Notes: generated by a model from the sequence alone, not told the origin. 64,000 bases of DNA from an uncultured Clostridia bacterium (GCA_934167495.1 CAKPKP010000006.1:10789-74788); one strand, 5' to 3'. Shown: positions 44,190 to 55,763, counted from the stretch's first letter. Program-made: numbers and translations.

Positions 44190-44630
44190 ATGAGAAAAAA
44201 AGTAATTATTTTATTTATTATTTGTATAATTATAGCTATAATATCTATTATATTTATAAGTAATAAAAATCAGAAACAAGAAAATCAAAATAATGAAAAT
44301 GTGTATTATATAGAATTGCAAGATGGCACTAAGCAAAATGTTAGTCCAAAAATATCAGAAAAAAAGACTTTTGAAAATTTAGATATAGTAAATGCTAGTA
44401 TTGTTTATTCAGATAATATATGCAAAATGAAGTTAAATGTAGAAAACAATTCAGATATTAAATCAGATGATATGATAATTAAAATAAATATTTTTGATAT
44501 CAATAATGATATCATGATTACTTTAACTGGCTTTGTCGCTGAAATAAGTCCAGGAAAATCAATAGAAGTAAATTTAGATTCAAGTTTTGATTATTCAAAT
44601 GCATATGATTATGAAATTTTAAGAAAATAA
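44190..44630 (+). CDS. Hypothetical N-terminally anchored small secreted protein
   Basis: TM/signal-anchor (IILFIICIIIAIISIIFI) followed by a beta-rich domain. Confidence 0.45.
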   Translation: MRKKVIILFIICIIIAIISIIFISNKNQKQENQNNENVYYIELQDGTKQNVSPKISEKKTFENLDIVNASIVYSDNICKMKLNVENNSDIKSDDMIIKINIFDINNDIMITLTGFVAEISPGKSIEVNLDSSFDYSNAYDYEILRK

Positions 44631-44765
44631 TGCTAGAAATGGAAAAGTGTAAAAAGCATATTACAAATATTTTACAATATGTTTACAAAGAGGTAATATA
44701 GATTGTAAAATCATATAGAATGTGATAAAAATATAATAGGATATTAATGAAAAGGAGATTTTAAT

Positions 44766-47735
44766 ATGAAAAAGTCTATGAAAATATTTTATATCTTTAT
44801 TATATTTTTATTTTTGTTTTCTGTTACCGCAAATGCTTTTACAGTAACACTTAGCGGTTCAGAAAATAGCGTTAAAAGTGGCGAATATGTAATATTAAAT
44901 ATAAAAACAGATGAAAAAATAGTTGCTTCAAATTTTTACATAGATTATGATAGCGATAAATTTGAATTTGTTCAAGGAATAAATGTGTCAGCCGCTATAA
45001 ATAATGGAAAATTAGCATGTATATATGCAGATATAACTGGAAATGGAACTGATAATTTTCAAGTGAGGTTTAAAGCAAAAGAATTAAGTAAAGTTTCAAA
45101 GGCTGATTTTTCAATATCAGATTATAAATTTAGAGCAGTAGATAAAGATAGTTCTTATGAAGGGGAAGATGTAAAATTCACATCTAAAAATATAAGTATA
45201 GAAGTTAATCCTTCAAATACAGTAACTCCAACAATTACACCAACTCCTACTGTAGTGCCAACGCCAACAAATTCTCCAGCACCTACAACAGTACCATCAC
45301 CATCTGTTACACCAACACCAACATCAACAGTAACGCCAACAGCTGTTCCTACACAAACTCCAAGACCAACAACAACAATAAATGGAAACAGTAATGACAA
45401 TACTAAATCAGATAAAAAAATACCTAATACAGGAAGCAAAGCTATAATATTAATAGTTTTTGGAGTTATATGTTTAGTATCAGCAGTAATATTTAAAGTA
45501 AAAGAAAATAATATAAAGAAATTGTTTATGTTTTTAGCTTTATTTATATCAGTAACTTTAGTAACAAGTAATGTTAAAGCTGTATCAAATACAGAATTAA
45601 AAATAGACATTAATAATTCAGTAATAAATAACCAAAAAAGTTTACTAATATCTTTAGATAATGCAGATACTACTAGAAAGATAACAAAAACACAATTAGT
45701 TGAAAAAGCAAAAGAAAAAAATATAAATATAAAATCTATTTCAAATAGGAATAATCAAAATATAGAAAGTAATGATTTAGTTGCAACTGGTTATATAGCT
45801 AATATAGATAATGAGAACTATAAAGTAGTTTTATATGGAGATTCAAATGGAGATGGATATATTTGCGATGCAGATGATCTTACAGAAATATTAAATGATT
45901 ATATTGGAAAAAAGAAATTAACAAATGAATATAAATTAGCAGCAAATTTAGCAAACAATGATGATGTTTTAGATAGTGATGATTTAATGCAAATGATAAA
46001 TAGGTTTTTAGGAAAACTAAATGGTAGTTTAGTAGTAAATTATCCAGGAAGTAGCAATCCAACACCAACAGCAACTGTTAGCCCAAGCCAAATACCAACT
46101 GCTACTCCAACAGTAACACCAACACCAAGTTCAATACCAACACCTACTCCAGCAGTAACACCAACACCAAGTTCAATACCAACACCTACTCCAACATCAA
46201 CAGTAACACCAAGTCCAACGTCAACTCCTACAACTGAGCCTACTGCAACGCCAACAACAGAACCAACAGCGACACCAACAATTGAGCCTACACCAACTCC
46301 AACACCTACAACTACACCAGAACCATCAAACATAATAAATAAAACTATAAAAATCGCAAATGTAGATAGAAATGATAATCCTGCTCAAGGAATAAAAATA
46401 CAAGTTAAAGATAGTAGTGGAAAAATAGTAAAAAATAATGATTTAGATTATTTTATCTCAGACTCAGAAGGAAATATAAACATTAATATAGCAATTGATA
46501 AAACAAAATTTGAATTACCACAATATTTAATTGATAAAAATCAAACATTTGAAGAGTCAATAGCAACATACTACACTTTTAGTCAAGTATGCGAAGATGG
46601 GGAAAAAGATGAAAATGGATATTTAAGTAATGGATATTATTTTAATGATGGAGAAAAAATACTAACAATAGCATGTACTGAATCATATGGAGAATACTAT
46701 ATTACTAGCTCTGCTATTAATTCAACTAAGAACTTAGTAAAATTAAAAAATGAAAATGGCGAAGACAAGAATATTATAATAACAAAAGAAGATGTTTCAT
46801 TAAAAATACTTTATAAAAAATTATCAGATTTTAGCGGATTTAAATATGAAAATATCATGAATTATGATGAAACAGAAAACAAATGGAGTTATAGTATAAA
46901 AGTTCAAGTAAGAGATTCAAAATTTAAATTAGAATATTTTTATGGGGAGGATTTAACTAATAAATATGAACTTGAATTTACAGAAAATGAATTAGAAAAA
47001 GTTATAAATATTCCAGATAATATTGATAATTTAAATATAAAAGTTATAAATAAAGATGACAATACATGTGTTGAAACATATACAACAAGTTATGGTATGT
47101 ATATGTGGGGAAAAGGATATAATGATCATTGGGAATATGCTATAAAAGTAGAAAGTAAATATAAAATAAGATACACAATAAATTCAGAAACACAAGTAAT
47201 ATTAGCAGAAAAAGAAAAGAAGTTTACAGATTTTAAATATACCGATAAAGTTACTTTTGAATTATTAGATGAAAATGGAAATGTTTTAAATAAAATTACA
47301 GAACAAGATATATTTAAAGCATTAAAGATTACAGTTCCATCATCAAACACAAAAACTTTGCAATTCAAAATAAAAAATGTAAACACAGATAATGAGCCTC
47401 TAGCAGGAATTTCATATACTGTAATAAATGATAACAATGAAGGATATAATTGTACTATTTCAGATGAAGAAGGAATTTCTAATGTAGAACCTGACTTTGA
47501 AATTGGAAAAACATCACACTTATATATAACTCAAAAAAATAGTATACAAGGTTATAAATCAGATACTGATATTATAGATATAGAAGTTACAGTAACATCA
47601 GATGGAGTAAGTGTTAGTATACCTCGAATAAAAGAAGGCAGATTAAACGAATTAAGCAATGGTAAAATAATTCAAGTAGATGGTTCAAATGTTTACATTG
47701 AGGTAGTACATCAAAAAGAGAGTACAGAAGTTTAA
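44766..47735 (+). CDS. Composite surface protein: cohesin domain, Pro/Thr linker and an internal (I/L)PxTG sorting signal, then a second signal peptide, a type-I dockerin, a Pro/Thr linker and repeated Ig/prealbumin-like domains
   Basis: Signal peptide, then a cohesin-like region (…[19 protein letters not shown]…). IPNTG at 45420-45434 is followed by a TM stretch and a KVKENNIKK tail. With no stop codon, the frame continues into [20 protein letters not shown], then two dockerin repeats ([15 protein letters not shown]…, [21 protein letters not shown]), then TPT linkers and a roughly 450-aa beta-rich C-terminus. Confidence 0.55.
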   Translation: MKKSMKIFYIFIIFLFLFSVTANAFTVTLSGSENSVKSGEYVILNIKTDEKIVASNFYIDYDSDKFEFVQGINVSAAINNGKLACIYADITGNGTDNFQVRFKAKELSKVSKADFSISDYKFRAVDKDSSYEGEDVKFTSKNISIEVNPSNTVTPTITPTPTVVPTPTNSPAPTTVPSPSVTPTPTSTVTPTAVPTQTPRPTTTINGNSNDNTKSDKKIPNTGSKAIILIVFGVICLVSAVIFKVKENNIKKLFMFLALFISVTLVTSNVKAVSNTELKIDINNSVINNQKSLLISLDNADTTRKITKTQLVEKAKEKNINIKSISNRNNQNIESNDLVATGYIANIDNENYKVVLYGDSNGDGYICDADDLTEILNDYIGKKKLTNEYKLAANLANNDDVLDSDDLMQMINRFLGKLNGSLVVNYPGSSNPTPTATVSPSQIPTATPTVTPTPSSIPTPTPAVTPTPSSIPTPTPTSTVTPSPTSTPTTEPTATPTTEPTATPTIEPTPTPTPTTTPEPSNIINKTIKIANVDRNDNPAQGIKIQVKDSSGKIVKNNDLDYFISDSEGNININIAIDKTKFELPQYLIDKNQTFEESIATYYTFSQVCEDGEKDENGYLSNGYYFNDGEKILTIACTESYGEYYITSSAINSTKNLVKLKNENGEDKNIIITKEDVSLKILYKKLSDFSGFKYENIMNYDETENKWSYSIKVQVRDSKFKLEYFYGEDLTNKYELEFTENELEKVINIPDNIDNLNIKVINKDDNTCVETYTTSYGMYMWGKGYNDHWEYAIKVESKYKIRYTINSETQVILAEKEKKFTDFKYTDKVTFELLDENGNVLNKITEQDIFKALKITVPSSNTKTLQFKIKNVNTDNEPLAGISYTVINDNNEGYNCTISDEEGISNVEPDFEIGKTSHLYITQKNSIQGYKSDTDIIDIEVTVTSDGVSVSIPRIKEGRLNELSNGKIIQVDGSNVYIEVVHQKESTEV

Positions 47736-47747
47736 AAAATTATTAAC

Positions 47748-47783
47748 ATAGGAAATATTGAAAAATATTTCCTATATTATATT
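47748..47783 (+). terminator. Rho-independent terminator
   Basis: ATAGGAAATATT-GAAA-AATATTTCCTAT is a perfect 12-bp stem followed by ATTATATT. Confidence 0.6.
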
Positions 47784-47804
47784 AAATAAAACGGAGGATA
47801 ATAT

Positions 47805-49466
47805 ATGAATATAACTTTTTTAGGAGCAGCTAAATCTGTTACAGGCTCAAATTTTCTAGTAGAAGGAGCTGGAAAGAGATTCCTTGTAGATTGTGGAATG
47901 TATCAAGGAAAAGAAGTTTTAGAAAGAGAAAATGAAGAACCATTTATGTTCGATGTGTCTACAATTGACTTTATGTTATTAACACATGCACACATAGACC
48001 ATTCTGGAAGAATTCCAAAATTATATAATGAAGGATATAGAAACCCTATATATGCTACAAAGGCTACTTGTGAACTTTGTACTATAATGTTACCAGATAG
48101 TGGTCATATTCAAGAAATGGAAATAGAATGGAGAAACAAAAAAAGAAAAAGAGAAGGAAAGAAAGAATTACCTCCATTATATACAGCAGAAGAAGCAACT
48201 AAATCATTAGAAATATTTAAACCAGTATCATATGATGATATTATTGAAATAGATGACAATATTAGTGTAAGATTTAATGATGCAGGACACATGTTAGGTT
48301 CAAGTATAATAGAAGTATGGGTTACAGAAAATGGAAAAACAACTAAAGCAGTATTTACAGGAGATATAGGAAATAACGATATACCATTATTAGATTCACC
48401 AACAATGATAGAGAGTGCAGATTATGTTGTAATGGAATCAACATATGGAAATAGACTACATTTAAGAAATGATAAAAAGGCAGAAATATTCTTAGATGTT
48501 GTATCAGAAACAATAGACAATGGAGGAACAGTTGTAATTCCTTCATTCGCAGTAGGTAGAACTCAAGAAATTTTATATGAATTAAATAAATTAAAAGACC
48601 TTCATAAAGATGATGAAGCTTTTGTAAAAAAATATAAAACTTTAATGTCAGTACCTGTATATGTAGATAGTCCTTTGGCTATTTCAGCAACAGAAATATT
48701 TAAAAATAATACAGAACTTTTTGAAGATGAAGTTCAAGAAGCTATAAAAAGTGGAGATAACCCATTAGAATTTCCAGGATTGAAATTTACAAAAACTGCA
48801 GATGAATCAAAAGCTTTAAATGAAAGTGAGCAAGCATCTATAATAATTTCAGCAAGTGGAATGTGTGAAGTTGGAAGAATAAAACATCATTTAAAACATA
48901 ACTTATGGAATCCAAAAAGTACAATTCTTTTCGTAGGATATCAAGCCCCAGGAACTTTAGGAAGAAGTATAGTAGATGGAGCAAAAAAAGTAAAAATATT
49001 TGGTGAAGAAATAAGTGTAGAAGCAAGAATTGAATATATAGAAGGATATTCTGGACATGCTGATCAAGAGTGGTTATTAAATTTTGTATATTCATTTATA
49101 AATAAGCCAAAACATATATTCTTAGTTCATGGTGAAGAAGAAGGACAAGAAGTTTTAAAAGAAAAAATAGAAGAAACAGCAGAAATTCCAGTTACAATAC
49201 CATCATTTGGCGAGAAATATTGTCTAGAAAATGTTCCTCAAATGGTTGAGAAGATAGAAGTAAGAAGAGAAATAAAAGAATGGAAGAAGAAACAATTAAA
49301 AGCTGAATTAGTAGACAGAATGGAAAAATTAAAAGAAGAAATAAAAGACATGGAAACAATTGTAAAAGAAGAGATATTAACAGAAGACGTATCTGATATA
49401 GAAATGGCAAGTTTAATGGAAAGAGTAAAAGAATTAGAAAAACAAATAGTCAAAATTATAGAATAG
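47805..49466 (+). CDS. Beta-CASP RNA-metabolising MBL-fold hydrolase (COG1236/CPSF73-like)
   Basis: HAHIDHSGR metallo-beta-lactamase motif 2 with a beta-CASP region and a C-terminal coiled-coil extension. Confidence 0.7.
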   Translation: MNITFLGAAKSVTGSNFLVEGAGKRFLVDCGMYQGKEVLERENEEPFMFDVSTIDFMLLTHAHIDHSGRIPKLYNEGYRNPIYATKATCELCTIMLPDSGHIQEMEIEWRNKKRKREGKKELPPLYTAEEATKSLEIFKPVSYDDIIEIDDNISVRFNDAGHMLGSSIIEVWVTENGKTTKAVFTGDIGNNDIPLLDSPTMIESADYVVMESTYGNRLHLRNDKKAEIFLDVVSETIDNGGTVVIPSFAVGRTQEILYELNKLKDLHKDDEAFVKKYKTLMSVPVYVDSPLAISATEIFKNNTELFEDEVQEAIKSGDNPLEFPGLKFTKTADESKALNESEQASIIISASGMCEVGRIKHHLKHNLWNPKSTILFVGYQAPGTLGRSIVDGAKKVKIFGEEISVEARIEYIEGYSGHADQEWLLNFVYSFINKPKHIFLVHGEEEGQEVLKEKIEETAEIPVTIPSFGEKYCLENVPQMVEKIEVRREIKEWKKKQLKAELVDRMEKLKEEIKDMETIVKEEILTEDVSDIEMASLMERVKELEKQIVKIIE

Positions 49467-49480
49467 AGGAGTAACAAGAA

Positions 49481-51382
49481 ATGAATAATAAATTTTTTAA
49501 TGATGCTGTAATAGGAAATAGAAAAATGACAGTAAGTTTTAGCAAAACAGGAGAGCTTTTAAGAATGTTTTATCCAACATCAGATTATAAACAGTTTTTT
49601 GAATTGTTTCATGCAGGGATAAAAGTAAATGATTCTGCTTTAATATATCTTCATAATGATATTAATAATGTATATAATCAATATTATGTAGAAGATACAA
49701 ATATATTAAAAACAGAAATTGTAAACACATATTTTAATATAAAAGTAACTCAAACAGATTTCATTCCTATAAAAGAGAATTTATTAGTAAAAAATTATAA
49801 ATTCGAAAATAAAAGCAATATAGAGTTAAATGTAGATTTATTATTTTATTCTAAATTACTTACAAATTATAATAACGACACATGTGGTTTTGTAAAAAAT
49901 GATACTTTAATACAATATAATCATGATTATTCTATGTGTATTTTTTCAAAACAAAAGTTACTTAACAAACAAATAAATGGAAGTAGCAACAGAATAATGG
50001 AAGGAACAATAGGTGGAAAAGACTATATAGGACTTTCATCAGATTCTAGTATAAGTTATTCAATTGGAAAAATAATGCCAGGTGAAGAAAAAGATATAAA
50101 TGTATATATTTATATAAATGATAATAAAGACAAATGTCTATTAAACGAATTAGACAATGAAATTGAAAGAATAAGAAAAATAGACATGAAAAAAGAATAT
50201 GAAAATACTAAAAAATATTGGAGAAAATATGTAAAAGAACATTCTAAAATAACACTAAATCAATCAAGCATTAACAATAAATTAGAAAATATTTATATTA
50301 GGTCTATATTGTTATTTCCATTATTAATAAATGAAGAGACAGGTGGTATATCTGCTGGAATAGAAGTAGATGAAGCAAAAACGAAATGCGGAAGATATTC
50401 ATATTGTTGGACAAGAGATGCAGTTTTTGTAACAAAAGCTTTAGACATATTAGGAATGGAAAAAGAAACAGAAAAGTTCTATAAAAATTTCTGCAAAATG
50501 ACACAAAGCAAAAACGGTATGTGGGAGCAACGTTTCTATACAGATGGAAGATTAGCACCATGCTGGGGATATCAAATAGATGAAACTGCAAGTGTTGTAT
50601 ATGGAGTATATACACATTATGAAAAAGTAAAAGATAAAAAATTCTTAAAAGAAACTTTAAAAATGTGTGAAAATGCATGTGTATTCTTAGAGAAATATGT
50701 AAATGATATATTATCTGGTGAGAAAAAAATGCAAGTATCATATGATTTATGGGAAGAATATGAAGGAATAACATTTTACTCATTATCATCAATATTTTCA
50801 GCATTTGATGCAATGTTAAAGATATATTCAGAAGTAAAAGAACTATTAGAAAATAATAGATTAAAAATAGAAGCTATTACAAAACAAGAAAAAGAATTAG
50901 ATAGATTACAAAGAGAAATAAAAGAATATGTTTTGAAAAATCTTTATGATGAAGAAAAGAAATGTTTTGTAAGAAATTCAAAAGATAAAAAATTGGATAT
51001 AAGTATGCTTGGAGCAATAGTACCATTTAAAATGTTATCACCAAAAGAAAAGAAAGTTTTAAATACTGTAGAAAGAATAAATATGACATTAAGAACATAT
51101 ACAGGAGGATACATAAGATACGAAGATGATAAATACATGGGAGGATATAATCCATGGCCACTAGCAAATTTATGGATGGCATGTTATAATCTAGAAGTTG
51201 GAGAAAAGAAGAAAGCTATAGAAAATTTTGAATTTGTAGTAAATAGTATGTCTGAGCATGGATTTTTAGGAGAACAAGTAAACAATGAAGTGAAAAAACC
51301 AGCATGGGTTATAGGTTTAACTTGGTCACATGCTATGTATATTATAGTATTAGAAAAATTGAGTAAATTAGGATTAATCTAA
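49481..51382 (+). CDS. Glycoside hydrolase family 15 (glucoamylase/glucodextranase-like)
   Basis: N-terminal beta-sandwich plus an (alpha/alpha)6 domain with RYSYCWTRDAVF and MWEQRFYTDGRLAPCWGYQIDE, matching GH15. Confidence 0.7.
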   Translation: MNNKFFNDAVIGNRKMTVSFSKTGELLRMFYPTSDYKQFFELFHAGIKVNDSALIYLHNDINNVYNQYYVEDTNILKTEIVNTYFNIKVTQTDFIPIKENLLVKNYKFENKSNIELNVDLLFYSKLLTNYNNDTCGFVKNDTLIQYNHDYSMCIFSKQKLLNKQINGSSNRIMEGTIGGKDYIGLSSDSSISYSIGKIMPGEEKDINVYIYINDNKDKCLLNELDNEIERIRKIDMKKEYENTKKYWRKYVKEHSKITLNQSSINNKLENIYIRSILLFPLLINEETGGISAGIEVDEAKTKCGRYSYCWTRDAVFVTKALDILGMEKETEKFYKNFCKMTQSKNGMWEQRFYTDGRLAPCWGYQIDETASVVYGVYTHYEKVKDKKFLKETLKMCENACVFLEKYVNDILSGEKKMQVSYDLWEEYEGITFYSLSSIFSAFDAMLKIYSEVKELLENNRLKIEAITKQEKELDRLQREIKEYVLKNLYDEEKKCFVRNSKDKKLDISMLGAIVPFKMLSPKEKKVLNTVERINMTLRTYTGGYIRYEDDKYMGGYNPWPLANLWMACYNLEVGEKKKAIENFEFVVNSMSEHGFLGEQVNNEVKKPAWVIGLTWSHAMYIIVLEKLSKLGLI

Positions 51383-51391
51383 AAACTAGAG

Positions 51392-52760
51392 GTGATTAAA
51401 ATAGCAAAAAATAAAACAATTTTTGTATGCAATGAATGTGGATATGAATCAGCAAAATGGCTTGGAAAATGTCCAGCGTGTAATGAGTGGAATACTCTTG
51501 TAGAAGAAAAAGTAGTAGGAAATTTAAAAACAAATGAAACAAAAAAAGAAAAAGCAATACCTACAAAATTAAATAGTGTAGAAAAACAGGAAATTACAAG
51601 AATTACAACTACTTTTTCAGAATTAGATAGAGTACTAGGTGGAGGATTTGTAAAAGGTTCTCTAACATTACTTGGAGGAGAACCAGGTATTCGGAAAATC
51701 AACATTAATATTACAAATCTGCGATAAAATAAAGGCACCAGGTCCAGTTTTATATGTTTCGGGAGAAGAATCAGCAGAACAAATAAAAATTAGAGCAGAT
51801 AGACTTGGAATTAACAATGACAATATAATGTTTTTAGGTGAAACAGATATAGATGTTGTAGAAAATTCAATAGAGACTGTAAAACCAGGTTTTGTAATCA
51901 TAGATTCTGTTCAAACAATGTATTCAGATGAAGTAACATCTGCACCAGGTAGTGTGAGTCAAGTAAGAGAAATAACAGCAAGAGTTATGAAAATGTGTAA
52001 ACAAAAAAGTATAACAACAGTAATAATCGGACATGTAACAAAAGATGGAAACATAGCAGGACCAAGAGTATTAGAGCATATGGTAGATACAGTTTTATAC
52101 TTAGAAGGTGAAAGATATTTTTCGTATAGAATTTTAAGAGGTGTAAAAAATAGATTTGGTTCAACAAATGAAATAGGAATGTTTGAAATGCAAAATGAAG
52201 GATTAGTAGAAATAAAAAATCCTTCTTCTATACTAATTTCAGAAAGAGATGGAAATCCATCTGGTTCAGTAATTGTAGCAAGTATGGAAGGAACAAGACC
52301 AATACTAATTGAACTTCAAGCATTAACAACTCCAAGTGTTTTTGGAATGCCAAGAAGAAATACAAACGGAATAGATTATAATAGATTAACTTTACTTATA
52401 GCAGTTTTAGAAAAGAGAGCTGGACTAATGCTTGGAAATCAAGATGTATACATGAATATAGTTGGAGGAATAAAAATAAACGAACCAGCTATAGACTTAG
52501 GAATGGTACTCTCTGCTGCATCAAGTTATAAAAATATAAGCATAAAAGAAGATGTTGTAGTAATTGGTGAAGTAGGTTTAACAGGCGAAGTAAGAGCGGT
52601 TAACATGATAGAAAAAAGAATAAAGGAAGCTGAAAAATTAGGATTTAAAACATGTATAATTCCAGAAAATAATAAAAAAGTATTGAAAGAAAAATTTAAA
52701 TTAGATATAATAGGCGCAAAGAATATTATTGATGCAATGAAGTTCTTAGGCTTAAAATAA
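51392..52760 (+). pseudogene. radA: DNA repair protein RadA interrupted by a +1 frameshift at nt 51692
   Basis: N-terminal zinc finger FVCNECGYES…CPAC… and …GGEPGIRKININITNLR* in frame 2. The continuation from 51672 (STLILQICDKI… with Lon-like C-terminus) is in frame 0. Deleting C51692 (ggtattCggaaaatc) restores the Walker A GEPGIGKSTLILQ. Confidence 0.9.
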
Positions 52761-52773
52761 ATTTAAAGGAGTA

Positions 52774-53580
52774 ATGAATAAAATGAAGAAAAATATTTTA
52801 ACAATAATTATATTAGTAATAGTATTAGCACTATTAGGATATGTTGGATTTGGATATTATAAAACTTTAACAAGTGAAAAGAAAAATCCAATAGTAACTA
52901 TGGAAATAGAAAATTATGGAACTATAAAAATGGAACTTTATCCAGATGTAGCACCTAATACTGTAAAGAATTTTATAAATTTAATTCAAAAAGGATATTA
53001 TGATGGTAAAGTATTTTCTGGATTAGATTCAACATGTGTGTATATAGGTAAAAATTCAGAAGGAAATGTAGAAAATGCAAAAATGAGTTTAGTAAATGAT
53101 TCAATAGAAGCTGGTTCAGATGCTGATGTTGAATATTCAATAGAAGGAGAATTTGTTGCAAACGGATATGATAACAATAATTTAAAACATGAAAAAGGTA
53201 CAATATCTATGAGTAGAATAGATTATACACAATTTTCATCATCTTTAACAAAAGAAAGTTATAATTCAGCAAATGCACAATTCTGTATTTTATTAAATGA
53301 TGAAAGAGGACTAAATGGAATGTATGCAGCTTTTGGTAAAGTTATAGAAGGAATGGATGTAGTAGAAAAAATATCACAATTAGAAACAAAAGTTGATGAA
53401 GAATCTACAGATGAAACAACTACTAAAAGCACAAATACATTAAAAACATTTGCAAGTTATCCTGTTATAAAAAGTATGACAGTTGATACTTTTGGAGTAG
53501 ATTATGGAAAACCAGAAGTTTCAAAAGCATTTGATTATTATAATTATATGTATCAATATTATAGCAATCAACAAAAATAG
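52774..53580 (+). CDS. Membrane-anchored cyclophilin-type peptidyl-prolyl isomerase
   Basis: TM anchor followed by a cyclophilin core (MELYPDVAPNTVKNFINL…FGKVIEGMDVVEKI). Confidence 0.85.
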   Translation: MNKMKKNILTIIILVIVLALLGYVGFGYYKTLTSEKKNPIVTMEIENYGTIKMELYPDVAPNTVKNFINLIQKGYYDGKVFSGLDSTCVYIGKNSEGNVENAKMSLVNDSIEAGSDADVEYSIEGEFVANGYDNNNLKHEKGTISMSRIDYTQFSSSLTKESYNSANAQFCILLNDERGLNGMYAAFGKVIEGMDVVEKISQLETKVDEESTDETTTKSTNTLKTFASYPVIKSMTVDTFGVDYGKPEVSKAFDYYNYMYQYYSNQQK

Positions 53581-53608
53581 AAACAAATGAGAAAGGAGAG
53601 TACTTGTA

Positions 53609-55462
53609 ATGATGAATAATAAAGGAATTACACTTATATCACTAACAATAACAATACTTCTTTTAATAATCTTAGCAGGTACTATTACCTATAGTGGAAT
53701 AAACGTATATAAAAATATGTTAGTAGAAAACTTTATTTCTGAAACAAAACTAGTACAAGAAAAAGTAAATTTAATATGCGATAAATATAAAGTATCTGGT
53801 AAAGCAACTTTAAACGAATATTTAGAAAGCACAGGAATTAAAACAGATGCAACTAATATCGAAAAAGCAGGCACTTTAAATAATAAAGTGTCTGAATTAA
53901 TTGCAAATGGTGGCGGAAAAGAAAGTTATTTATATTTTGATAAAGACGCTTTAGAAGGAATATTAGGAATAAAGAAACTAGATCAAGAAGTATTAATAAA
54001 CTTTAATACCAGAGAAGTTATTAGTTTAAAAGGAATAAAAGTAGATAATCAAATATATTACAGACAATATGATTTACCATATGGTGATAAAATAATAGAG
54101 TACGCAGATACTGAAAATAATAAGTTAAGTATAGAAATAAAAAAGAAAATATATGGATTAACAGCCAAATTAATTGTTACTCCAAATATAAAAGAAAATG
54201 TTGAAATATATTATGGAGAAAAATTAGGTGTAAATGACAATAATGCACCTATAGTATCATATTGGGAAGAGGCTACAAATAAATCAAATAATGAATATGA
54301 AATAAATATTAGTAAAACAGGCAATTACGTAGTAAAAGTAAAAGATCAATATGGAAACGAGAAAACAAAAGAAGTAAATGTAACATTAGTTAATAGTCCA
54401 GAACTTACAAATGAATTTATACCAATAAAATATAGCGAAAAAGATAAAAAGTGGTATATAGCTTCAGAAGACGATGGTGATTGGTATGATTATGAAGTTC
54501 AAACTTCAAATGAAAGTTATACATCAAAATGGGCAAATGCGATGCTAAATGATGGTAGATACAAGAAAAAAGCCGATGGAACAATTGAAGACTCAAAAGA
54601 AGGAAAAATATTAAGTTCATTAAAAAATGTTTCAATAGAAGAAAGTGAATTAGGAAGTATATTTGTTTGGATTCCAAGATATATGTATAAAATGGAAGCA
54701 GAAAATAATACAGATGTGTCTGGATGCAATACAAGTACTGCTGGAATTATAAATATAAAATTCTTAAAAGGTACAACTAGTATTCCAACAGATAATACAA
54801 AAATAGATTTAAATGAAAGCATAGCTAATGGAAGTTGGCATGTTCATCCAGTATTTGAAAATGGAATAGTAAATAGCTTTGAAAACGGTGAATGGGATGA
54901 AGAAATAACAGGATTCTGGATAGCAAAATATGAAACTAGCAGAAATGATGCAACAAATGCTTCTATAGGTGAGAGCCAAATTTTAAAAATACAATCAAAT
55001 GTAAAGCCTATAAGCCAAACAAATTTTGTTTCTATGTACACTGAGGCTAAGAATTTTGATGAGAAATTAAATAGTCATTTAATGAAAAATAGTGAATATG
55101 GTGCAGTTGCATATTTGGCATATAGTGAGTATGGCAGAAATAAAAAAGAAGCAGAAAGTAACAACACATCAAATACTGAAAAATTAACAGGATTTAATTA
55201 TAAAGAAGATTATGCAAACACTACAACAGGAAACATTTATGGAATTTATGATTTTGATAATAATTTACCAGAAATTGTAGCTATAAGTCATAAAAACAGT
55301 GAAAAATTAAAAGAAGAAACTTATAAAGAAATGTTAAACGAGAGTGAAAATGCTAAGAAAAGTACAAAATATTTAACTTTATATGCAGACTCTAATAATG
55401 TATATGGTGATGCATTAAACGAAACCTCAGATAAAACAACAAATAAATATTGGAATCGGTGA
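53609..55462 (+). CDS. Secreted protein with a prepilin-like N-terminus lacking Glu+5. The C-terminus is apparently truncated by a +1 frameshift at nt 55457, and the probable true end is about 55599
   Basis: MMNNKGITLISLTITILLLIILAGT is paralogous to the N-terminus of the 17655 gene. The ORF ends …KYWNR*. Deleting C55457 (tggaatCggtga) reads on as …KYWNGENKTISHTNSTQSFLIRGENNGMFYCRTVQEAEENTTFRIVLINN* and ends 10 nt before a terminator hairpin. Confidence 0.6.
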   Translation: MMNNKGITLISLTITILLLIILAGTITYSGINVYKNMLVENFISETKLVQEKVNLICDKYKVSGKATLNEYLESTGIKTDATNIEKAGTLNNKVSELIANGGGKESYLYFDKDALEGILGIKKLDQEVLINFNTREVISLKGIKVDNQIYYRQYDLPYGDKIIEYADTENNKLSIEIKKKIYGLTAKLIVTPNIKENVEIYYGEKLGVNDNNAPIVSYWEEATNKSNNEYEINISKTGNYVVKVKDQYGNEKTKEVNVTLVNSPELTNEFIPIKYSEKDKKWYIASEDDGDWYDYEVQTSNESYTSKWANAMLNDGRYKKKADGTIEDSKEGKILSSLKNVSIEESELGSIFVWIPRYMYKMEAENNTDVSGCNTSTAGIINIKFLKGTTSIPTDNTKIDLNESIANGSWHVHPVFENGIVNSFENGEWDEEITGFWIAKYETSRNDATNASIGESQILKIQSNVKPISQTNFVSMYTEAKNFDEKLNSHLMKNSEYGAVAYLAYSEYGRNKKEAESNNTSNTEKLTGFNYKEDYANTTTGNIYGIYDFDNNLPEIVAISHKNSEKLKEETYKEMLNESENAKKSTKYLTLYADSNNVYGDALNETSDKTTNKYWNR

Positions 55463-55610
55463 AAATAAAACAATTTCACATACAAATTCTACACAATCAT
55501 TCTTAATAAGAGGAGAGAATAATGGTATGTTTTATTGCAGAACAGTTCAAGAAGCAGAAGAAAACACAACTTTTAGAATTGTATTAATAAATAATTAATT
55601 AAATCAGCAA

Positions 55611-55655
55611 AGGGACGGAGTTTTAGTTCATGTGAGCTAAAATACTGTTCCTTTG
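55611..55655 (+). terminator. Imperfect hairpin plus T-tract carrying the GGGACGGAG motif (copy 1)
   Basis: AGCAAAGGGACGGAGTTTTAGTT…CTAAAATACTGTTCCTTTGTT. Confidence 0.5.
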
Positions 55656-55763
55656 TTAATTTTATATAATTGAAATTTAAAATAATATTAATGGACTCTT
55701 AATAAATGTAAATGTATTTATAGTTTATTACGAAAGAAGTTTGAATAATGAAAGGAGGAACAA

